The notes below the pieces were generated by a model. The model made no database searches. It had not been told where the DNA came from and saw only the letters and a list, made by a program, of their open reading frames with translations. From an uncultured Pseudomonadota bacterium (GTDB lineage: Bacteria; Babelota; Babeliae; Babelales; UBA12409): a stretch of 33,017 bases of DNA. A program made the translations under genes and the position numbers. Positions 1 through 7,415 of the stretch are shown here, one piece after another. Within the stretch, counting starts at the first letter, position 1, and each line of letters starts with the position of its first letter. The stretch spans positions 8,683-41,699 of the forward strand of contig CAYSPS010000004.1 of the NCBI GenBank assembly GCA_964432975.1. Direction: 5' to 3'.

Positions 1-121
1 CCCAATACATACTCAGCGGCACCCCGCCATCAATACTAGGTAATGGATCATGCATGCCAAATATCGAAACTGCACATAAGGTCACCACGAGGATACAAAA
101 ACCAAAAAGCTCTTTTATCAT
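1..121 (-). CDS. 5' end of an unnamed membrane/secreted protein (continues past left edge)
   Basis: Absent from the ORF track because no stop lies in the window. The reverse strand reads GGGAGG, 5 nt, ATG (119-121), then MIKELFGFCILVVTLCAVSIFGMHDPLPSIDGGVPLSMYW, open to position 1. The N-terminus is hydrophobic. Confidence 0.4.
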   Translation of the reverse strand, partial: MIKELFGFCILVVTLCAVSIFGMHDPLPSIDGGVPLSMYW

Positions 122-198
122 ACGATCCTCCCAACTTTTTAACATTTTAAACAACCCCGTAATGAGAAGTTGTCTCAAATTATTCAGTTACAGTATAA

Positions 199-219
199 TG
201 ACCCCCGAAATCCAGACAG
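199..219. repeat. IS left terminal inverted repeat
   Basis: TGACCCCCGAAATCCAGACAG matches the reverse complement of 1458-1478 (TGACCCCAATTGTCAAGACAG) at 15 of 21 positions. Confidence 0.7.
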
Positions 220-291
220 GTATACTTAGGAGAGTTGTGAAGTTGGTTAGACAAAATTGATATCGTATAAAGCAAAAGAAACGAAGAATAT

Positions 292-561
292 ATGATTCAC
301 AAAAAGCATGGGGCGTCATTTAAATTGAAAGTAGCACTGCAAGCGATAAAAGGTGAAAAGACAGTAGCTGAACTTTGCAGCGAATTTGGCATAGCCGCAA
401 GTCAGCTATACGCCTGGAAAAAGCAACTTGAAGAACAAGGTGAACGCATCTTTGCTGATAAGCGAGTGGTTGATCAAAAAAGTGAAATAGATCGACTTCT
501 GCGCATTATAGGCCAGGTAACGGCTGAGCGCGATTTTTTATCACGTGCGCTCGGACGTTGA
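292..561 (+). CDS. IS3-family transposase OrfA (helix-turn-helix)
   Basis: 89-aa ORF with an ATG start. It contains ...KGEKTVAELCSEFGIAASQLYAWKKQLEE... followed by a leucine-zipper-like tail, as in IS3 OrfA proteins. Confidence 0.85.
   Translation: MIHKKHGASFKLKVALQAIKGEKTVAELCSEFGIAASQLYAWKKQLEEQGERIFADKRVVDQKSEIDRLLRIIGQVTAERDFLSRALGR
534..540 (+). promoter_or_regulatory. Candidate -1 programmed ribosomal frameshift heptamer T_TTT_TTA
   Basis: In the OrfA frame the codons are TTT (535-537) and TTA (538-540), preceded by T534, which fits X_XXY_YYZ. The -1 frame is open only from 528 onward and OrfA stops at 559-561, so this is the only window in which an OrfAB fusion could form. Confidence 0.45.
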
Positions 562-1452
562 GCATTGAAAAGCGCAAAATGATAGCCGAGCAAGAGCATA
601 CAACAATGAGTATAAAGAAGTGTTGCGAACTTCTGGATATTACGAGAAGTACGCTGTATTACAAAATCATGCGCACCAATGAAGTGTCGATCATTAATGA
701 GATGCGTGAAATATACGAGCAGTGGCTACCGTCGTATACATGTAGTGCTTCGACAGCGTGGCATGATTATCAATCGTAAACGCGTGCAACGTCTCATGAA
801 AATTGCTGGCATCAAAGCTGTTTATTCAGTGCCAAAAACGAGTGTAAACAATCAAGAGCATGTCGTGTATAAATATTTGCTAAAGGATCTTGCCATTACT
901 CGTTCTGACCAGGTTTGGCAAGTTGATATAACGTACATAAAAATCAGACATGGTTTTGTCTATTTGGTCTGCCTCATTGATGTGTTCAGTCGAAGAATCA
1001 TGGGCTGGAACCTTTCAACATTTCTTGACACAGATTCATGCCAACAGGCGTTGTACAACGCGCTTTTGAATTGCAAACCAGAAATTCTCAACAGTGATCA
1101 GGGATGCCAATTTACCAGCGAAAAATGGATCAGCTGTTTAATCAAAAACGACATTCAGATCAGCATGGACGGAAAGGGACGATGGGCAGATAACGTGCAT
1201 GTAGAACGCCTGTGGAAGACAATCAAGTATGAATCAATATTTCTGCACAGCTTTGACACGGTCCAACAAGCACGCAACACCTTGGCTGAATACATAGAAT
1301 TTTATAACAACGAGCGTCCCCACCAGGCATTGAATTACCACACGCCGAGTGTTATTCACGACCTCAACAAGATTCCATCAAAGCAAGATCTTTTCGATAG
1401 TTTCATCAATTTAAACCGAAAGGACAGTTACATGATTCCCAAGTTGGCTTAG
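534..1452 (+). pseudogene. IS3-family transposase OrfB (DDE integrase core), frame interrupted near 723
   Basis: The N-terminal HTH piece (SIKKCCELLDITRSTLYY...NEMREIYEQ) lies in frame 0 (558-779 ORF). The remainder (GYRRIHVVLRQRG...WQVDITYI...NSDQGCQFTS...ERLWKTIKYE...NNERPHQAL) lies in frame 1 (679-1452 ORF). The switch falls at about 720-724, where family members read ...YGYRRI. Confidence 0.7.
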
Positions 1453-1457
1453 TTTTT

Positions 1458-1478
1458 CTGTCTTGACAATTGGGGTCA
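1458..1478. repeat. IS right terminal inverted repeat
   Basis: CTGTCTTGACAATTGGGGTCA is the inverted partner of 199-219. Confidence 0.7.
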
Positions 1479-1555
1479 CTTTACAGAATAATTGATTGCA
1501 CGTAAAAAACAATTATATGATAAACAAGACCAAGCAAATATCATGAAAGGACTTT

Positions 1556-3022
1556 ATGCACAAACTATTATACGGCATCCTTGCAATAGCGATTTTCGGA
1601 ATAACATTAATCATGTGGCACCGTACTCGCTTTTATGCCGTAGGATTTTTCATGCCCATTGACCGTGGAGCACACACAAAAAACATCTTATTCTTTCGAG
1701 GAACCTTGCAGGCATGGCAACTCGGCATTGCAGATGCACATGCAATAAATAAATTCGAATTTTCACACCAAGAAATTCCTGCAAATATCAACGAATCAAT
1801 CCCTGTACTCAAAGAAAAAATTGACAAGTTTTTAAAAGCCCATTCGTGCTGGTGGTGGCGCGATGATCGAATACTTATAATCGCCGGCTTCACGAGTGGG
1901 CAGCTCCAAATTGCCCAAGAAACAGTTAACGCTCACAAACGAAAAATTTTATGTGCAAGCCTAGGATCAACAACACCGCAAGCTGCCAAATGGCCGAATA
2001 CGCTACAATTGATACATAATGATCGTTTTGCAGCGCAAGCAATTACCATGTTTATTCGACGTAAACAATATGATGCAGTCGCCATTTTATACATGAAAAA
2101 TGACGCATACAGCCAAGGATATCATAACGAACTCTCGCATGCATTAAGTGAACAAAATATACCATATACATCAGTTAATTTTACACCGAGCACCATTACG
2201 CACAGCATTATAAACTCGGTTAATCCTTTTTTTAGAAACACAAAAAAACCGGTGCTTATCTTTACAGGATTCAGCCCTGAAATTACCACTGCCGAAAAGG
2301 CGCTTGACGCAAAAGCATCGATCATCTGCACTGATACATGCCTTGATCTGGGAGATGTTTTCGCGCCAACACGCGAAGCCACTGTTGTACTTCCCGCAAC
2401 GGTTGATTATACCGTTAATACCAGATCAGTTTATGAACGCGTATTTCATCTACTTGAGCAAAAAGATTCATCGTTTGATTACACTGTCTCATACATGATG
2501 CCGTTCGTATATGATTTTGCAAATCAACTTGGCAAAATGATCGTACAGCACTTTGATTTAACCTGGCGCTATTTCGCGGTAAGAATCGATGCCGCAACGC
2601 CAGGGGCTGCTCTTATTTCGACATGGTACACACCACAACACAACGGTCCAGCCCACGGTGGATATTGGTTCATATACACGCACGATCCAAAAACCAAAAA
2701 TTTTCACACCTATCGCAAAATGTCACTTGGCAACACCGGAACGCTTGCACAGAGCGCCGCCGCTGCATATCAAATTGGATATTTTTCGTGGGCAGGATTA
2801 CTTGGCTGGAACATGTACCAAAACATTTGGGAAGATCATTACTTACACAAAAAATATCTGGCAACAAAGCTTTCCTACGATAATTATCAAACAGCAAACG
2901 GCATAATTAATTGGTCGCCATCTCACACAAAAATACACCGCGACAAGACAGGAATGTGGAATTTCGCCAGCGATTTACCCGACCAGTACCCGCTTGAAGA
3001 GCGAAAATATGAACTTTCTTAA
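1556..3022 (+). CDS. Membrane-anchored protein, possible type-1 periplasmic-binding-protein (LivK/ANF-receptor-like) fold
   Basis: 488-aa ORF; AAAGGA lies 5 nt before the ATG. N-terminal TM helix (LLYGILAIAIFGITLIMW). The segment ILIIAGFTSGQ...ILCASLGSTTPQ...LQLIHNDRFAAQAI...AVAILYMKNDAYSQGY resembles Leu/Ile/Val-type binding proteins. The function is a guess. Confidence 0.55.
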   Translation: MHKLLYGILAIAIFGITLIMWHRTRFYAVGFFMPIDRGAHTKNILFFRGTLQAWQLGIADAHAINKFEFSHQEIPANINESIPVLKEKIDKFLKAHSCWWWRDDRILIIAGFTSGQLQIAQETVNAHKRKILCASLGSTTPQAAKWPNTLQLIHNDRFAAQAITMFIRRKQYDAVAILYMKNDAYSQGYHNELSHALSEQNIPYTSVNFTPSTITHSIINSVNPFFRNTKKPVLIFTGFSPEITTAEKALDAKASIICTDTCLDLGDVFAPTREATVVLPATVDYTVNTRSVYERVFHLLEQKDSSFDYTVSYMMPFVYDFANQLGKMIVQHFDLTWRYFAVRIDAATPGAALISTWYTPQHNGPAHGGYWFIYTHDPKTKNFHTYRKMSLGNTGTLAQSAAAAYQIGYFSWAGLLGWNMYQNIWEDHYLHKKYLATKLSYDNYQTANGIINWSPSHTKIHRDKTGMWNFASDLPDQYPLEERKYELS

Positions 3023-3945
3023 CTTTTTTCCAGATACCACTGCGCATCAAGGGCTGCCATGCACCCAGTGGCAGATGCAGTAATTGCCTGGCGATAACGC
3101 GTATCGATAACATCGCCGCAGGCAAAAACGCCAGCGCATGACGTATGAGTTGTCGGTGTTTGTACCCAAATGTGCCCGGTTGGTTCAAGTTTAAGCTGAT
3201 TGTGCAAAAACTGCGTATTGGGTTGTTGACCAATTGCCAAAAAAATTGCGCGCGTTGTCAAGGATTCAGCCTTCCCACTTTTTTTGTCTTTAATCACAAC
3301 GCCAGTTACGTATTCGCCATTACCCGCAATTTCAGTCACAATACTGTTGTAACGTATATCAACATGAGCATGTGCCTCTACTTGCTTGCGCATATCGAGC
3401 GAGGCGCTTAATTCATCGTGTATATGTACAATCGTGATTCGATTTGTGAACCGACTCATAAATAAAGCGTGGTGCATCGCGGTATTACCACCACCAACGA
3501 TTACAACTGGCAAATCTTTATAGAGAGCGCCATCACACACCGCACATGTTGTCACACCTTTGCCCCAATATTCCTGCTCGCCAGGACAGTTCAGTTTTTT
3601 AGGACCACTGCCAGCGGCAATAATAAGCGTGCGCGTTAAAAATACTTCATTTTTGTTTGTGTACACACAAAATGGTTGTCGTGTCAGCTCAACTTTAGTC
3701 ACCAATCCTGTTATTAATTGTGCACCACAATGTATTGCATGCTGCGTCAGTTTATTCATAAGCGCTGGCCCAAGAATTTCGATCTCGCCAGGCCAATTTT
3801 CAACGCCGCTCGTGCGCATTAACTGACCACCCGGTTGACCTCCTTGGATCACCAATGGCTGCAGATCCGCACGACCAGCATAAAGTGCTGCGGTTAAACC
3901 AGCAGGGCCGCTGCCCATAACGACTACTGAGTGCACATGTTGCAC
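3019..3945 (-). CDS. trxB: Thioredoxin-disulfide reductase
   Basis: VVVMGSGPAGLTAALYAGRA (FAD GxGxxG), redox motif CAVCDG, a second dinucleotide motif VVIVGGGNTAMHHA, and C-terminal GVFACGDV. GTG start at 3945, with AAGGGGG 5 nt upstream inside the end of tig. Confidence 0.9.
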   Translation of the reverse strand: MQHVHSVVVMGSGPAGLTAALYAGRADLQPLVIQGGQPGGQLMRTSGVENWPGEIEILGPALMNKLTQHAIHCGAQLITGLVTKVELTRQPFCVYTNKNEVFLTRTLIIAAGSGPKKLNCPGEQEYWGKGVTTCAVCDGALYKDLPVVIVGGGNTAMHHALFMSRFTNRITIVHIHDELSASLDMRKQVEAHAHVDIRYNSIVTEIAGNGEYVTGVVIKDKKSGKAESLTTRAIFLAIGQQPNTQFLHNQLKLEPTGHIWVQTPTTHTSCAGVFACGDVIDTRYRQAITASATGCMAALDAQWYLEKS

Positions 3946-3946
3946 G

Positions 3947-5260
3947 TTAACCCCCTTGATTCCTTAACAAGTGACATAACATATAATTGAGCGCTTTTTC
4001 ATGTATACAATAATATCTCAATGCATCATGAAAAATCGGAACATCCTCGTCATTTGATTTGACTGCGGGATGGACAAAATAAATAAATTCTTTAGTACGC
4101 GCACGTTTGGTAAGATTCATATAGAAGCAAATATCATCATCACTTGCTTCAAGATCCTCATGCTCAGCCAACAACAACGTAATAAGACATTCTCTCACCT
4201 GTTTATCGGCAAGAGCACGTACTTTAGCAGAAAAATCGTGTTGCAACTTATAAATAGCATAATCTGGATTTTGCTGCAGTTCGTCTAAAATAAGTTTTTC
4301 CTGACGTAAAATAGCCGATTCAGGAATTTCCAATGGATATGTCTTAAGCAATAATGCTAATAATTCTTCAACCATCGATCGCCTGAGGGACATATCATTA
4401 CGAAATGAATAAACTTCAACCATTTTTTGATGCGCTTTACGCTCAGACGACAAGCGAAAGTGCCCCCTGAACGAATCAATGCAAAAATATGCTATTGGCA
4501 AAATAGATTTAATTGTAATGATATAACTATACGGATTATTCAGTTGGCTACCAAAAAAATCGTTCAACCCTGGACAATCAGTCACAAAGCAATCATTCAC
4601 CTTTTTACCAATAAAAAGTGAACGAAAGGGCTCACTTGATTCTTCATCGCTAATTTGAAGCCATAATTTTTCAGAAAAATTCTTTACAAGCACATTATTG
4701 CGCACGCCAACAAGCGAAACCTCAAAGAGTACCCAATCTCCCGGTACGACCACATTATTTGTGTAATTTTTTTGATTTGTTTTTTCTTGTGTCAAAAAAT
4801 TTGTCGCCTGCTTATCGATATCCTGATAACGCTTGCGCAATGGCGCCTTAAAAAGCAGGCGTTTCCAGTCATGCACTAAAGTTGGCTGCGCGGCCGTAAA
4901 AGCAAACGTGTATACGGCCGGTTTATGTTGTTCAAGAAAAATATTCTCCAAACGCGGTTCACCAATACTCAAAATTCTTTGGCGTGCCAACTGCCGATAT
5001 ACAAAACCGATCACCGCATATTTAAGCAAAAATTCCTTGAGATGATTAATGACATTTTCATGATAATATGCATCTAAAAAGTGTATCGGTACTTCTTGCT
5101 GATTAAAACCTGCTGTTGGACCAGCTGCTTTTTGTGCATCAAGTGTGTGCTCATAAAGCGTATCAATAACTGTCGCCGGAATTGTAACATGTAAGGTACC
5201 CGTAGGTTGTTGCGATTCTGATGAAACGTGCAGCTGAAAAAGACTGTCTACACGTGCCAC
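3947..5260 (-). CDS. tig: Trigger factor (divergent)
   Basis: The track ORF 3947-5380 reads through two tRNA genes, so I trimmed it to GTG 5260, which has GGAGG (5268-5272) 7 nt upstream. At 437 aa it matches trigger-factor length. The N-terminus LHVSSESQQPTGTLHVTIPATVID...GFNQQEVP aligns with E. coli [25 protein letters not shown]...GFRKGKVP. Confidence 0.7.
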   Translation of the reverse strand: MARVDSLFQLHVSSESQQPTGTLHVTIPATVIDTLYEHTLDAQKAAGPTAGFNQQEVPIHFLDAYYHENVINHLKEFLLKYAVIGFVYRQLARQRILSIGEPRLENIFLEQHKPAVYTFAFTAAQPTLVHDWKRLLFKAPLRKRYQDIDKQATNFLTQEKTNQKNYTNNVVVPGDWVLFEVSLVGVRNNVLVKNFSEKLWLQISDEESSEPFRSLFIGKKVNDCFVTDCPGLNDFFGSQLNNPYSYIITIKSILPIAYFCIDSFRGHFRLSSERKAHQKMVEVYSFRNDMSLRRSMVEELLALLLKTYPLEIPESAILRQEKLILDELQQNPDYAIYKLQHDFSAKVRALADKQVRECLITLLLAEHEDLEASDDDICFYMNLTKRARTKEFIYFVHPAVKSNDEDVPIFHDALRYYCIHEKALNYMLCHLLRNQGG

Positions 5261-5283
5261 ATCAAGGCCTCCGTTTTTATTGC

Positions 5284-5371
5284 TGGTGCAAGAGGAGGGA
5301 TTTGAACCCACACTCCCTTTTGGGGAACTGGATCCTAAGTCCAGTGCGTCTACCATTTCCGCCACTCTTGC
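5284..5371 (-). tRNA. tRNA-Leu (anticodon TAG)
   Basis: The reverse complement GCAAGAGTGGCGGAAATGGTAGACGC...CTGGA-CTTAGGA-TCCAG...long variable arm...GTGGGTTCAAATCCCTC-CTCTTGC-ACCA folds as a class II cloverleaf with one U-U mismatch in the T stem. CCA is encoded. Confidence 0.9.
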
Positions 5372-5384
5372 GCAGCCCATTACC

Positions 5385-5460
5385 TGGTGAGCCGCGTTGG
5401 AATCGAACCAACAACCTACAGATTAAGAGTCTGTTGCTCTACCAATTGAGCTAGCGGCCC
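5385..5460 (-). tRNA. tRNA-Lys (anticodon CTT)
   Basis: The reverse complement is GGGCCGCTAGCTCAATTGGTAGAGCA-ACAGA-CTCTTAA-TCTGT-AGGTT-GTTGGTTCGATTCCAAC-GCGGCTC-ACCA, 76 nt. Confidence 0.9.
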
Positions 5461-5560
5461 ACGATTCTTTGATCACCATCATACTATGACAGCGAATAAG
5501 TTGGAAGGTTTTCTTTTGTTTGAGTTCTCTCGCGCTTCTTCGATAAAATGTTATATTTAA

Positions 5561-5569
5561 ATTATACCA
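5561..5569 (-). promoter_or_regulatory. Candidate extended -10 promoter (TGGTATAAT) for the tRNA-Lys/tRNA-Leu/tig/trxB unit
   Basis: The plus strand ATTATACCA is the reverse complement of TGGTATAAT (TGn plus consensus TATAAT), about 100 nt upstream of tRNA-Lys. A second candidate, TTCCAA-17-TATGAT, lies nearer the tRNA. Confidence 0.3.
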
Positions 5570-5625
5570 CAAAATTTGCACATTTTATTTAAAGTAAATT
5601 ATTGGAACTTGCAGTGAAATGTACA

Positions 5626-7014
5626 ATGAAACCTGTTATTTTTACGATTTTTTTTATAATGAATACCCAACACATCAACGCGATGATGCCCGATGTCGAA
5701 GCGCCACCCGACCAACGCGCGGCAACACTTGATGGCATTGTAAAGGGTTTTGCAAGTATACAAACTTTTGTCAATTATCATGCACAAAAGGCGCGCAGTG
5801 AAAGCACATCAAATTTATTCGCAGCCCGTTGGCTTTTAACTTCTTTGATGCACCAAATTACCCCACCATTAATTACACAAGAAAATACCACGCAAATATT
5901 AACGAATTTGAGTACACTCCACAAACTTTTGCAAGATCAGGCTCGCGATCAATTGCGTTATCACAAACTCGCCATTACCATAGATCAGTTGTTGGCAATC
6001 ATTGGTCAGCACGTGCTCTTGCTTGAGCAATCGCTGGGCACTCCCGATGCAATCAAACATGCACAAGCTGCATGCACACTTAAAACACAATTTTTTGATT
6101 TACTCAGACACCTTCCACAGCCTGCAAGAACCGGAATCAGCACTCCCGTACGCGAAGGGATTGCCGGATTGTTGCATATGATCCAACACGAACAGCTTAG
6201 TGAAGTAGCTACAAGCGACCCTCTGTCACTCAAACCACTGGCAAGCGCAGCGCTCACAACCGGTTTGGCAGTACTTACGCGTTTGCACACGCAGCATGCA
6301 GCTCAAAAATCACCGGAAGCCCTTGCTCAAACAGTACGAGATGAAACAAATGAACAGCCATCAGCACTTACTTGTACATTGCAACAATTAATTGAACTCG
6401 TACGCGAAGGTGTAAAATATCTTAACAGCACACCTGAACCAGATGAATCTGCTTCAGAAGCTACAGCGGGCGCTGGGAGCGCTGATCAGCCAACATACAT
6501 ACAACAATTCATGAGCTGGCTACGCCAATATCAAGATATGAAGTTAGAAGAGTCACGCCTGGCTAAATCTTTGCAATTTTTCGTTTTGCCAGACCGTGGT
6601 CCAACGACGCTTTGGTTTGCAAGAAATTGGGTACCATCTTTTTTTCTTTCCCAAGTTGGTGTGCCTGATGATCTTATCAGCGATTTAAAAGAATCGAAGG
6701 TACCCCCTTCAAGCATCGCCTCTTTGAGCGATCAGGTAGCACGTCAATTTCATATAAGTGAGAAATTACGCGCGTCAATACGCGCCGCAATACCAGGCAC
6801 GTGTGCGCGCCTGAACTGGCTGTTAAGCAAAGAATGTATCGATGGTATTCAAGCCACTTATGAGTCTATTGATCCAGCACTTGCCATTGGCGATACCGTC
6901 GCTGGCCATGCAGCACTAGCAGGTGCAGACGATACACGTTTTATCGATTCTTTGCGTTCTTGGGGAGAACAAGAGCTGGCGCTTCGCAACGCGCTCGAAG
7001 AACAACACGGTTAA
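5626..7014 (+). CDS. Hypothetical secreted protein, predicted helical, no recognisable family
   Basis: The long ORF was trimmed from TTG 5602 to ATG 5626 (MKPVIFTIFFIMNTQHINA...), which gives a signal-peptide-like N-terminus. No motif recognised. Confidence 0.6.
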   Translation: MKPVIFTIFFIMNTQHINAMMPDVEAPPDQRAATLDGIVKGFASIQTFVNYHAQKARSESTSNLFAARWLLTSLMHQITPPLITQENTTQILTNLSTLHKLLQDQARDQLRYHKLAITIDQLLAIIGQHVLLLEQSLGTPDAIKHAQAACTLKTQFFDLLRHLPQPARTGISTPVREGIAGLLHMIQHEQLSEVATSDPLSLKPLASAALTTGLAVLTRLHTQHAAQKSPEALAQTVRDETNEQPSALTCTLQQLIELVREGVKYLNSTPEPDESASEATAGAGSADQPTYIQQFMSWLRQYQDMKLEESRLAKSLQFFVLPDRGPTTLWFARNWVPSFFLSQVGVPDDLISDLKESKVPPSSIASLSDQVARQFHISEKLRASIRAAIPGTCARLNWLLSKECIDGIQATYESIDPALAIGDTVAGHAALAGADDTRFIDSLRSWGEQELALRNALEEQHG

Positions 7015-7107
7015 AATCAGAGTTTTTAAAATCTATATTAAGCACAAATTATCACGATTCCTAGCTTGCAATACGCGCCAAAATCACTATTCTTAATAAT
7101 GTCTTTT

Positions 7108-7196
7108 GGAGAGATGGCTGAGTGGTCTAAAGCACTCGCCTGCTAAGCGAGGGTCACGTTAGTGGCGCGAGGGTTCGAATCCCTCTCTCTCCGCCA
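7108..7196 (+). tRNA. tRNA-Ser (anticodon GCT)
   Basis: GGAGAGATGGCTGAGTGGTCTAAAGCA-CTCGC-CTGCTAA-GCGAG...variable arm...GAGGGTTCGAATCCCTC-TCTCTCC-GCCA. Confidence 0.9.
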
Positions 7197-7338
7197 GTCT
7201 TCGCTCCCATGGAGCTACGCCTGGCGCAACCATTTAAAGCGAAGACTGCCCGCCATAGCTTGCAGCAACACAGAAGTTGACATGTGGCTTGTAAATAGCG
7301 AAGGCTGGGCTTGCGGTAGAAATTTGTGAAATGTTCAT

Positions 7339-7415
7339 GCGCCCATAGCTCAATTGGATAGAGCATTCGACTACGGATCGAAAGGTTGGAGGTTCAAATC
7401 CTCCTGGGCGCACCA
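7339..7415 (+). tRNA. tRNA-Arg (anticodon ACG)
   Basis: GCGCCCATAGCTCAATTGGATAGAGCA-TTCGA-CTACGGA-TCGAA-AGGTT-GGAGGTTCAAATCCTCC-TGGGCGC-ACCA. The 3' end abuts the prfA stop codon. Confidence 0.9.

Larger units (their letters stand above)
199..1478 (+). mobile_element. IS3-family insertion sequence (~1.28 kb), probably non-autonomous
   Basis: TG...CA termini. Imperfect terminal inverted repeats TGACCCC-N8-AGACAG. OrfA (HTH) and OrfB (DDE/rve) sit in the -1 arrangement typical of IS3. OrfB carries an extra frame break. Boundaries are uncertain by about 20 nt (see findings). Confidence 0.85.

Noticed and set aside
54-260. 68-aa plus-strand ORF
   Set aside because: It is antisense to the better-supported partial minus-strand CDS and runs across the IS terminal repeat. 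It has no SD and odd composition.
476-482. A6G run (CAAAAAAGT) in OrfA as the IS3-type A_AAA_AAG frameshift site
   Set aside because: It is in the wrong phase relative to the OrfA codons, and the -1 frame has stops at 483-485 and 525-527, so a shift here cannot give OrfAB.
5261-5380. N-terminal 40 aa of the track ORF 3947-5380 (MGCARVAEMVDALDLGSS...)
   Set aside because: This stretch is the reverse-strand translation of tRNA-Leu, and the ORF start sits inside the tRNA region. The CDS was trimmed to GTG 5260, which has its own GGAGG.
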